Positions 27,434 to 36,110 of a stretch of DNA of 64,000 bases are shown piece by piece. Source of the stretch: Candidatus Rokuibacteriota bacterium (GTDB taxonomy: Bacteria; Methylomirabilota; Methylomirabilia; Rokubacteriales; CSP1-6); NCBI GenBank assembly GCA_003221695.1, contig QHSX01000039.1, positions 93,637 through 157,636 on the forward strand, read 5' to 3'. Every line of letters begins with the position of its first letter. The stretch's first letter is position 1. Both the position numbers and the translations under genes were made by a program. A model generated the notes under the pieces. It made no database searches, had not been told where the DNA came from, and saw only the letters and a list, made by a program, of their open reading frames with translations.

Positions 27434-29233
27434 ATGGACGAACGGCAGCTTCGCGAGCTCCTCGAGGACGTCCGGACCGGTGGGCTCTCCCGCCGCACGT
27501 TCGTCACCACCATGATCGGGCTCGGGCTCACCGCGCCCCTCGCCGCCCGGATGCTGACGGCTGCCGGCGTGGCCGACGCGCAGCCCCGCGGTGACCCGTT
27601 CGCTCCGACGCGGCGAGGCGGCGGAGGCCAGCTCAAGGTCCTCTGGTGGCAAGCGCCCACGCTTCTGAACCCGCACTTCGCCAACGGCACCAAGGACGAG
27701 GACGCGTCCCGGATTTTCTACGAGCCGCTTGCCGGCTTCGACCCGGACGGCAACGTGGTCCCCATCCTCGCCGCCGAGGTGCCGACCGTCCAGAACGGGG
27801 GCCTCGCCAAGGACCTCACCTGGGTGAGGTGGCGGCTTAAGAAGGGGGTGACCTGGCACGACGGCAGGCCCTTCACGGCTGACGACGTGGTCTTCAATTG
27901 GGAATACGTGGCCGATCCCGACACGGCCGCGTGGACGAGCGGCTCGTACCGGGAGATCTCCCGGATCGACAAGCTGGACAGCCACACGGTCAAGGTCAGC
28001 TTCAACGCGCCGCAGCCGTTCTGGTCCGACGCCTTCTGCGGCAACCGCGGGATGATCATCCCCAGGCACGTCTTCGGGCCCTACAAGGGGGCGAAGTCGC
28101 GCGAGGCGCCCGCCAACCTCAAGCCCGTCGGCACGGGCCCCTACCGCTTCGTGGACTTCAAGCCCGGCGACGTCGTGCGCGCAGAGCTCGATCCGGCTTA
28201 CCACGTGCCGAACCGTCCCTTCTTCGACGCGCTCGAGATGAAGGGCGGCGGGGACGCGGCGTCCGCCGCGCGCGCCGCGCTTCAGACCGGCGAGTATGAC
28301 TACGCCTGGAACATGCAGGTCGAGGACGACATCCTGAGGCGCCTCGAGCAGGCCGGCAAGGGCCGCGTCAACATCTGGGCCACGGGCAATCCCGAGCACA
28401 TCCAGTGCAACTCCACCGACCCGTGGAAGGAGGTCGACGGGGAGCGTTCGAGCATCAAGACGACCCACGCGCTGCTCTCGGACCCCGCCGTCCGTCAAGC
28501 CCTGAACCTCCTCGTGGACCGCGCGGCGGTGCAGGAGCAGATCTACGGCCGCCAGGGTCAGACGACCGCGAACTTCCTCAACGCCCCGTCCCGTTTCTCC
28601 TCGCGGGCGACGCGCTGGGAGTTCAGCCTCGAGAGAGCCAATCAGATCCTGGACGCGGCCGGGTGGAGGCGCGCGGCCGACGGCGTCCGCGTCAAGGACG
28701 GCAAGCGGCTCACGATGGTCTACCAGACGTCGATCAACGCGCCACGCCAGAAGACCCAGCAGATCGTCAAGCAAGCGGCAGCCAAGGCGGGCATCGACCT
28801 CGAGCTGAAGTCGGTGGTCGCGTCGGTCTTCTTCTCCTCCGACCCCGCCAACGCCGACACCTACCCGCACTTCTACGCCGATCTCCAGATGTATAACACC
28901 ACGATGACGGCGCCGGACCCGCAGTACTTCATGAACCAGTTCACCTCGTGGGAGATCGCCTCGAAGGCGAACAAGTGGCAGGGCCGCAACATCACCCGCT
29001 GGCGCAACGAGGAGTACGACCGCGCGTACCGCGCGGCCGACTCGGAGCTCGACCCCGTGAAGCGCGCCGCGCTCTTCGTCAAGATGAACGACCTCGTGAT
29101 CCAGAACGTCGTGGTCATCCCGGTGCTGTGGCGCAACGGCGTGTCGGCGTCCAGCGTCCGTCTCAAGGGGATGGACCTCTCGGGCTGGGACTCGACGTTC
29201 TGGCGGCTCGCCTTCTGGCACAAGACGTCGTGA
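27434..29233 (+). CDS. Peptide/nickel ABC transporter substrate-binding protein (copy 1)
   Basis: SRRTF Tat-like leader; WHDGRPFTADDVVF; PVGTGPY. Confidence 0.92.
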   Translation: MDERQLRELLEDVRTGGLSRRTFVTTMIGLGLTAPLAARMLTAAGVADAQPRGDPFAPTRRGGGGQLKVLWWQAPTLLNPHFANGTKDEDASRIFYEPLAGFDPDGNVVPILAAEVPTVQNGGLAKDLTWVRWRLKKGVTWHDGRPFTADDVVFNWEYVADPDTAAWTSGSYREISRIDKLDSHTVKVSFNAPQPFWSDAFCGNRGMIIPRHVFGPYKGAKSREAPANLKPVGTGPYRFVDFKPGDVVRAELDPAYHVPNRPFFDALEMKGGGDAASAARAALQTGEYDYAWNMQVEDDILRRLEQAGKGRVNIWATGNPEHIQCNSTDPWKEVDGERSSIKTTHALLSDPAVRQALNLLVDRAAVQEQIYGRQGQTTANFLNAPSRFSSRATRWEFSLERANQILDAAGWRRAADGVRVKDGKRLTMVYQTSINAPRQKTQQIVKQAAAKAGIDLELKSVVASVFFSSDPANADTYPHFYADLQMYNTTMTAPDPQYFMNQFTSWEIASKANKWQGRNITRWRNEEYDRAYRAADSELDPVKRAALFVKMNDLVIQNVVVIPVLWRNGVSASSVRLKGMDLSGWDSTFWRLAFWHKTS

Positions 29234-29247
29234 CGCGGAGGACCTCC

Positions 29248-31041
29248 ATGGACGAGCGCGAACTGAGAGAGCTGACCGGTCGGGTGAAGGCGGGAAGCCT
29301 GAGCCGACGTCGCTTCGTGCAGACGATGCTCGGCCTGGGGCTGACCGCGCCTATGGCCGCGGAGATGCTGGCGACGGCGGGCGTCGCCCGGGCGGAGACG
29401 AAGTGGTCGTTCAACCCGACGAAGCGCGGTGGCGGGGGGCTCCTGAAGACGCTCTGGTGGCAGGCGCCCACGCTCCTCAACCCGCACTTCGCCACCGGCA
29501 CCAAGGACCAGGACGCGTCGAGGATCTTCTACGAGCCGCTCGGGTCGTACGATCCCGACGGCAATCTCGTCCCGATGCTCGCGGCCGAAGTGCCGAGCCT
29601 CCAGAACGGTCAGGTCGCGAAGGACGGGACGTCGGTCACCTGGCGACTCAAGAAGAACGTCGTCTGGCACGACGGCAAGCCGTTCACCGCCGACGACGTC
29701 ATCTTCAACTGGGAGTACGTCATGGACCCCGCGACCGCAGCGACCACGCAGGGTTCGTATCGCGACATCGAGCGGATCGACACGCTCGACAGCCACACGG
29801 TCAAGATCGTCTTCAAGAAGCCGACCCCCTTCTGGGCCGCGCCCTTTTGTGGCACCGAGATGATCATCCCGAAGCATCTCTTCCAGGCATACAAGGGCGA
29901 CAAGTCGCGCGAGGCGCCGACCAATCTCAAGCCCGTCGGCACCGGGCCGTTCCGCTTCGTGGACTTCAAACCCGGCGACATCGTGCGCGGGGAGCTGAAC
30001 CCGAGCTACCACGTCCCGAACCGACCGTTCTTCGACGCGATCGAGATGAAGGGGGGCGGCGACGCCGTCTCGGCGGCGCGCGCTGTCATCCAGACCGGCG
30101 AGTACGACTACGCGTGGAACATTCAGGTCGAGGACGAAGCTCTCAAGCGGATGGAGCAGGGCGGCAAGGGGCGCGCCGACATCGTCGCCAGCGGCAACAT
30201 CGAGCACATCGGGCTCAACACGACCGATCCGTGGACGGAGGTGGACGGCGAGCGGTCCTCCATGAAGACCGCGCACCCCTTCCTCACGGACCCCGCCGTG
30301 CGGCAAGCGCTGAACCTGCTCGTGGACCGTGGGTCGGTCCAGGACCAGATCTACGGACGCACCGGGATCGCGACCGCCAACTTCCTCAACGCGCCCTCGC
30401 GGTTCGTCTCGACGAACACGAGGTGGGAGTTCAGTGTCGACCGCGCCAACGCGATCCTCGACGGCGCCGGCTGGAAGCGCGGCGGCGACGGGATCCGGAC
30501 GAAGGACGGCAAGAAGCTCCGGCTCGTCTACCAGACCTCGATCAACCCCCTGCGCCAGAAGACCCAGCAGGTCGTCAAGCAGGCGTGTACCAAGGCGGGG
30601 ATCGACGTCGAGCTGAAGTCGGTGACGCCGTCGGTGTATTTCTCGTCGGACCCGGCGAACCCCGACACCTATGCGCACTTCTACGCCGACATCCAGATGT
30701 ATACCACGACCATGACGCGGCCGGACCCACAGCGCTTTATGGACCAGTTCACCTCCTGGGAGATCGCCTCCAAGGAGAACAAGTGGGCGCTGACGAACAT
30801 CACGCGATGGCGCAATGCGGAGTACGACCGTGCGTGGAAGGCGGCGGAGACCGAGATGGACCCGCTCAAGCGCGCGGCGCTCTTCGTCAAGATGAACGAC
30901 CTCGCCATCCAGCACGTCGTCGTCATTCCGGTCGTTTTCCGGCCGTGGGTCCAAGTGATCTCCCTCAAGCTGCGCGACGCCGTCAAGAGCGGCTGGGACT
31001 CCGATTTCTGGGCGCTCGCGTACTGGTCCAGACACGCGTAG
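29248..31041 (+). CDS. Peptide/nickel ABC transporter substrate-binding protein (copy 2)
   Basis: SRRRF leader; close paralogue of the preceding gene; GGAGG RBS. Confidence 0.92.
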   Translation: MDERELRELTGRVKAGSLSRRRFVQTMLGLGLTAPMAAEMLATAGVARAETKWSFNPTKRGGGGLLKTLWWQAPTLLNPHFATGTKDQDASRIFYEPLGSYDPDGNLVPMLAAEVPSLQNGQVAKDGTSVTWRLKKNVVWHDGKPFTADDVIFNWEYVMDPATAATTQGSYRDIERIDTLDSHTVKIVFKKPTPFWAAPFCGTEMIIPKHLFQAYKGDKSREAPTNLKPVGTGPFRFVDFKPGDIVRGELNPSYHVPNRPFFDAIEMKGGGDAVSAARAVIQTGEYDYAWNIQVEDEALKRMEQGGKGRADIVASGNIEHIGLNTTDPWTEVDGERSSMKTAHPFLTDPAVRQALNLLVDRGSVQDQIYGRTGIATANFLNAPSRFVSTNTRWEFSVDRANAILDGAGWKRGGDGIRTKDGKKLRLVYQTSINPLRQKTQQVVKQACTKAGIDVELKSVTPSVYFSSDPANPDTYAHFYADIQMYTTTMTRPDPQRFMDQFTSWEIASKENKWALTNITRWRNAEYDRAWKAAETEMDPLKRAALFVKMNDLAIQHVVVIPVVFRPWVQVISLKLRDAVKSGWDSDFWALAYWSRHA

Positions 31042-31053
31042 CCGCACGCGTGC

Positions 31054-32013
31054 ATGTCGAGATACCTGCTCCGGAGAGCGCTGGTCTCCATGCCCGCACT
31101 GCTGGGCATCAGCGTCGTGCTGTTCACGGTGCTGGCCCTCGCCCCCGGCGATCCCTTCGAGGAGCTGGCGACGAACCCGAACGTGCCGCCCGAGGTGCGC
31201 CAGAACCTCCGGGCGAAGTTCGGCCTCGACGACCCGCTGCCCGTGCGGTACGCGCGGTGGTTCACGTCCATGCTCCGCGGCGACTGGGGGTTCTCGTTCG
31301 TGAGCCGCGTCGACGTGAACACGCTCATCCTCCAGCGCCTCCCCGTGACCCTCGTCGTCCTCGGCTCGGCGCAGCTTCTGGCGATCATGATCGCCGTCCC
31401 CATCGGGACGTACTCCGCGCTCCGTCCCTACTCCCTCTTCGACCAGCTCGCGACGACGCTCGCGTTCATCGGCTTCTCCCTGCCGACCTTCTTCACGGGG
31501 CTGCTCTTCATTCTCCTGTTCAGCATCTATCTCGACTGGCTCCCGTTCATCTTCCGCGCCGACATCGGCGCGATCGGATGGCGGTGGTACTGGGAGCACC
31601 TCCGGCAGTCGATCATGCCCGTCGCGGTCCTGGGGCTCTTCCAGGCCGCCGCGATGACGCGCTTCATGCGCGCGGCGGTGCTCGACGTGATCCGGCTCGA
31701 CTACGTCAACACGGCACGGGCCAAGGGGCTCCCGGAGAAGACGACGCTCGTGAAGCACGTCGTCAGGAACGCGCTCATCCCCGTCGTCACGCTCGTCGCG
31801 CTCCAGATCCCCAACATCTTCGGGGGCGCGATCGTCACCGAGCAGATCTTCCGGGTGCCCGGGATCGGCTCGCTCTTGATCAGCTCGATCCTCGCGAACG
31901 ACACGCCGGTGGTCATGGCGGTCACGTTCGTCTATTCGGTGCTGGTCGTGGTCTCGAACCTCGTGGCGGACCTGCTCTACGGCTGGCTCGATCCGAGGAT
32001 CTCGTACCGGTGA
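31054..32013 (+). CDS. Peptide ABC transporter permease (OppB/DppB)
   Basis: DYVNTARAKGL, LYGWLDPRI. Confidence 0.93.
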   Translation: MSRYLLRRALVSMPALLGISVVLFTVLALAPGDPFEELATNPNVPPEVRQNLRAKFGLDDPLPVRYARWFTSMLRGDWGFSFVSRVDVNTLILQRLPVTLVVLGSAQLLAIMIAVPIGTYSALRPYSLFDQLATTLAFIGFSLPTFFTGLLFILLFSIYLDWLPFIFRADIGAIGWRWYWEHLRQSIMPVAVLGLFQAAAMTRFMRAAVLDVIRLDYVNTARAKGLPEKTTLVKHVVRNALIPVVTLVALQIPNIFGGAIVTEQIFRVPGIGSLLISSILANDTPVVMAVTFVYSVLVVVSNLVADLLYGWLDPRISYR

Positions 32014-32020
32014 CCCTGAC

Positions 32021-32950
32021 GTGACGGCGAGAGCCGTCGAGAAGCTCCCCGTCGCGCTCGCCGCCCCGCGCGCCTTGCTCTGGCGCGAAGCCGTCCGCCG
32101 CTTCCGGCGCCACCGCCTGGCGATGATCGGCGCCACGGTCCTGCTCGTGCTGGTCGGCGCCGTCGTCGCGGGCCCGCTCGCCTGGCGGTTGCCGGTCAAC
32201 GAGATCGACTTTACGCAGAAGCTCAAGGGCCCGACGTGGGGCCACCCGCTCGGGACCGACGACCTCGGCCAGGACCTCCTCGCGCGGGTGCTCTACGGCG
32301 GGCGCATCTCGCTCGCGGTCGGCGTCGCGGCGATGCTGATCGCGATCTCCATCGGGACCGCGATCGGCGCTGCGTCCGGGTACGTGGGGGGCGCCGTGGA
32401 CCACACGCTGATGCGCATCACCGATCTCTTCCTCTCGCTGCCGCAGCTCCCGCTCCTGCTCTTGATCGTCTACCTCTTCCGCGACGCGTTGAGGAAGGCG
32501 CTCGGGCCCGAGGGCGGGGTCTTCGTGCTGGTCGTCGCGGTCATCGGGGGTCTGCGCTGGATGCCGGTTGCACGGCTCGTCCGGGCCCAGTTCCTGTCGC
32601 TCCGCGAGAAGGAGTTCGTCGAGGCGGCACGGAGCCTCGGCGCGCCGCCGCTCAGGCAGGTCGTCCGGCACATCCTGCCCAACTCGATGGGGCCGGTGAT
32701 CGTCGCGGGCTCGCTCGACGTCGCCGCCGCGATCATCGCGGAGTCCACGCTCTCGTTCCTGGGCCTCGGCTTCCCTCCCGATATTCCGACCTGGGGGCGG
32801 CTCCTGTTCGACGCCAAGGACAACCTGGACTTCGCCCCCCACTGGGCCATCTTCCCGGGCACGGCGATCTTCCTCACCGTCCTCTCCATCAACTACATCG
32901 GCGACGGGTTGCGCGACGCGCTCGACCCGAGAAGGGTCTTGAGTCGATGA
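32021..32950 (+). CDS. Peptide ABC transporter permease (OppC/DppC)
   Basis: HPLGTDDLGQD, EFVEAARSLG, GDGLRDALDP. Confidence 0.93.
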   Translation: MTARAVEKLPVALAAPRALLWREAVRRFRRHRLAMIGATVLLVLVGAVVAGPLAWRLPVNEIDFTQKLKGPTWGHPLGTDDLGQDLLARVLYGGRISLAVGVAAMLIAISIGTAIGAASGYVGGAVDHTLMRITDLFLSLPQLPLLLLIVYLFRDALRKALGPEGGVFVLVVAVIGGLRWMPVARLVRAQFLSLREKEFVEAARSLGAPPLRQVVRHILPNSMGPVIVAGSLDVAAAIIAESTLSFLGLGFPPDIPTWGRLLFDAKDNLDFAPHWAIFPGTAIFLTVLSINYIGDGLRDALDPRRVLSR

Positions 32951-34365
32951 CCGACACCGATCTCTGCTTCACGCCGGCCACCGAGCTCGCCGCGCTCATC
33001 CGCCGTCACAAGGTCTCGCCCCTCGAGGTGACCCGCGCGGCCCTGGCTCGGATCGAGAAGGTGAACCCGAGCCTCAACGCCTACTGCACGGTCGCAGCCG
33101 AGCAGGCGCTCGCCGACGCGAAGCGCGCGACCGGCGCGCTCAAGCGTGGCGCCAGGCTCGGCCCGCTCCACGGCGTACCGGTCTCGATCAAGGATCTGAC
33201 CCTCACGCGGGGGATCCGCACGACGGAGGGCTCGAAGATCTTCGAGCACCGCGTCCCCGCCGAGGATGCCCTGGTCGTCGAGCGGTTGAAGGCGGCGGGC
33301 GCGATCGTCCTCGGCAAGACCAACACGCCCGAGTTCGGCGCCGGCGCGAACACCTTCAACGCCGTCTTCGGCCCGACGCGCAACCCGTGGAACCCGGCGC
33401 TCACGTGTGGCGGGTCGAGCGGCGGCGCCGCGGTCGCGCTCGCCACGGGCCTGGGCCCTCTCGCCCAGGGCTCGGACCTCGGGGGCTCGCTCCGGATCCC
33501 CGCCGCGTTCTGCGGCGTCGTGGGCTTCCGCACCACGCCCGGGCTCGTCCCCGTCTGGCCGGCCATGCTCGCGTGGGATCCGTGGAGTGTGCAGGGACCG
33601 ATGGCCCGTACCGTCGCCGACACGGCGCTGATGCTTTCGGCGATCGCAGGCCCCGATCCGCGCGCGCCGCTCTCCTACGCCGTGGACACGCGGGCGTTCA
33701 CGCGCGCGGTGCGGGCGCCCGGGATCAAGGGCCTGCGCGTCGCCTGGGGTGGGAGCCTCGGGATCACGCCCGTGGACGACGAGGTGCTGAGGATCTGCCA
33801 CGCCGCGACCGCGGTGTTCCGGCGGCTCGGCGTGCGCGTCGACGAGGCCCACCCGGATTTCGACGGCCTCCACGAGATTGTCAACGTGAGCCGCGGCGCC
33901 AGCATGGTCGCCCGCCACGCTGACAAGCTCGGCCCGTGGCGCGGCGTCATGCAGGAGAACCTCGTGAAGAACATCGAGTACGGACTGACGCTGACGCCGA
34001 CCGACATCGGGCGCGCCGAGCGGATCCGCACCGCGCTCTGGCACCGCGTCCGCGAGTTCTACGATCGCTACGATCTGCTCGTGACGCCGACCACCGCGGT
34101 GCCGCCCTTCCCGGTCGAGATCGTCTCGCCGACGGAGATCAACGGAAAGCCGATGACGCACTACATCGAGTGGGTGCTCCTGACCTACGCCTTCACCGTC
34201 GTCGGCCTCCCCGCGATCTCCGTGCCGTGCGGCTTCACGCGCGCGGGCCTGCCCGTCGGGCTGCAGCTCGCCGGGGGATGGCGGGACGACGCCGGGGTGC
34301 TACGCGCGGCGGCCGCCTTCGAGGCGGCGCAGCCGTGGGCGCATCGGTGGCCGCCCGAGCGGTGA
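32947..34365 (+). CDS. Amidase signature family enzyme
   Basis: GVPVSIKD, GKTNTPEF, GGSSGGAA, GSDLGGSLRIPA. Confidence 0.93.
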   Translation: MTDTDLCFTPATELAALIRRHKVSPLEVTRAALARIEKVNPSLNAYCTVAAEQALADAKRATGALKRGARLGPLHGVPVSIKDLTLTRGIRTTEGSKIFEHRVPAEDALVVERLKAAGAIVLGKTNTPEFGAGANTFNAVFGPTRNPWNPALTCGGSSGGAAVALATGLGPLAQGSDLGGSLRIPAAFCGVVGFRTTPGLVPVWPAMLAWDPWSVQGPMARTVADTALMLSAIAGPDPRAPLSYAVDTRAFTRAVRAPGIKGLRVAWGGSLGITPVDDEVLRICHAATAVFRRLGVRVDEAHPDFDGLHEIVNVSRGASMVARHADKLGPWRGVMQENLVKNIEYGLTLTPTDIGRAERIRTALWHRVREFYDRYDLLVTPTTAVPPFPVEIVSPTEINGKPMTHYIEWVLLTYAFTVVGLPAISVPCGFTRAGLPVGLQLAGGWRDDAGVLRAAAAFEAAQPWAHRWPPER

Positions 34366-34465
34366 TCGTCAGTTCCCGGCGGGCCTGAGCCGGCCGTCCA
34401 CCGGCGCGATCGCGCCCCGCGTGGCGATCGCATCGCCGTACGCGTCCGCCCGCGCGGACGGCATG

Positions 34466-35467
34466 CTAGTAGACGCCCCGGCGCTCGGCGAGCGCCGCGC
34501 CCAGGAATTCGACCGCGCGCCGCTCTGTCCAGGACGCGACGCGCCACGGCCAGCGCCCCTCGATGAAGCCCGCGTGGCCGCCCCGCGGCGTGAACTCGGC
34601 GCGCACCCACGGCGGCAGCGTCGAGGGGTTCGGGAGTGCATCGGGCGGCACGAGCGGGTCATCGAGGGCGCTGATCAGAAGCGTCGGCCGGTGGATCCGC
34701 GAAAGGTAGGGTCCGCTCGACGCCCGCACCCAGTAGTCGTGTTCGTCCGCAAAGCCGTGCAGGCGGGCGGTCACGGCCCGGTCGTACTCGCCGAACGTCC
34801 GGGCGCGCAGGGCCAGCTCGAGGTCCACGCGGGTCGCGAAGTCCGCGTCGCGCTCGGCCTTGCGGCGGACCTTGTCCCGCATGTAGGCGAGGAAACTCGC
34901 GGTGTAGACATACTTCCGCACGCCGCCATCGAGCACGCGCGCGCACGGGACGAGGTGGAACGGCGCCGAGATCGCGACCGCCGCGACCACCTGCTTCGGC
35001 GTGTCGAGCTCTCGCTCGCCGAGCCACTTGAGGAGGACGTTGCCGCCGAGCGACACGCCGACGACGCCGATCGGCGCGTCGGCGTCGCGCTCGAGCAGGT
35101 GCCCGACAACGTGATCGAGGTCGTCGGTGTGACCCGAGTGATAGAACTGCGACCGCCGATTCAGCTCGCCGCTGCACGAGCGGAAGTTGAGCGTGAGCGC
35201 GCGCCACCCCCGCGCCGCGGCGTGGCGCATGAGGCCGACGGCGTAGTGCGAGCGCGAGGAGCCCTCGAGGCCGTGAAGGACGAGAAGTCGGGGGGCGCCG
35301 GGCGGTGCCTGACCGTCCACCCAGTCGAGGTCGACAAAGTCGCCGTCGGGCAGCACGACGCGCTCCCGCCGCGACCGGATCCGGTCACGGCGGAAGAGCG
35401 GGCCCCAGATGGTCTGGAGATGGCCGTTCCGGCACCACCAGGGCGGCCGGAACGGAGCGGGGACTAC
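34466..35467 (-). CDS. YheT-like alpha/beta hydrolase (start uncertain)
   Basis: FRPPWWCRNGHLQTIW upstream of the called GTG; HGLEGS, GVSLGG, DDP, GGHAGF. Confidence 0.85.
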   Translation of the reverse strand, partial: VVPAPFRPPWWCRNGHLQTIWGPLFRRDRIRSRRERVVLPDGDFVDLDWVDGQAPPGAPRLLVLHGLEGSSRSHYAVGLMRHAAARGWRALTLNFRSCSGELNRRSQFYHSGHTDDLDHVVGHLLERDADAPIGVVGVSLGGNVLLKWLGERELDTPKQVVAAVAISAPFHLVPCARVLDGGVRKYVYTASFLAYMRDKVRRKAERDADFATRVDLELALRARTFGEYDRAVTARLHGFADEHDYWVRASSGPYLSRIHRPTLLISALDDPLVPPDALPNPSTLPPWVRAEFTPRGGHAGFIEGRWPWRVASWTERRAVEFLGAALAERRGVY

Positions 35468-35994
35468 TCCTGACCCTGCAATAAGAGCTTCACGACCTCC
35501 GGCGCAATCTCACGGGCGCGCCGGTCGAGCTCGGGCTCCGTGAGGTTCGCGATCGGGTGGGGCATGAGCAGGAACTTATAGGTCGGGACGCCCCACTGCG
35601 TGGCCATCGCCCGACCGGTCACCTCGAAGACGTCCGTCACGATGGACGCCGACGGTACGCTCGCCTTCTCCAGCAGGATTCCGTCGAGCACACTGCCCGA
35701 CGAGCAAGAGCCTCAGTCGCCGATGCCTGCGACCATGACGTCGCAGGTCTTCCGGACCTCCGCGATGATCTCCTCGTGGGCGGGCACCGACGCGTTGTGC
35801 TTGCGGAATAACTTCCAGTCGGCCGCGCCGTACTCGGCTTTCAGGATGTCGCCGATCTTGGCGAGGAGCCGGTCGGAGTTGAACTTCGTGTTCTCGATCA
35901 GCCCGACGCGCTTGCCTTCGAGCGACGCCGGCCGATCGACGAACGCGATGGTCTGCGTCCGGACCTCCGCGGTGGGGTCGAGGAGCTCGATCAT
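35464..35994 (-). CDS. UGSC-family selenoprotein, stand-alone (176 aa)
   Basis: AAGGAGG RBS; MIELLDPT...VAGIGD-U(TGA 35715-35713)-GSCSSGSVLDGILLEKASVP...MPHP; joins two in-frame ORF fragments. Confidence 0.9.
35682..35702 (-). promoter_or_regulatory. Putative SECIS (stand-alone UGSC)
   Basis: CGTCGGGCA-GTG-TGCTCGACG hairpin 10 nt after the UGA. Confidence 0.75.
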
Positions 35995-36110
35995 TGTCGC
36001 ACCTCCTTGGTCCGGGAACTCCAATCGGGCCAATCACGCCACAAAAAGTGGCCGTCCGCAAGTGGTTGAAGGGACTCGCTCCGTTCGTGACCTCGCTCGC
36101 GTATGGCGCG

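Noticed and set aside
27434..31041. Long direct-repeat-like similarity
   Set aside because: Explained by two paralogous SBP genes; not a mobile element or array.
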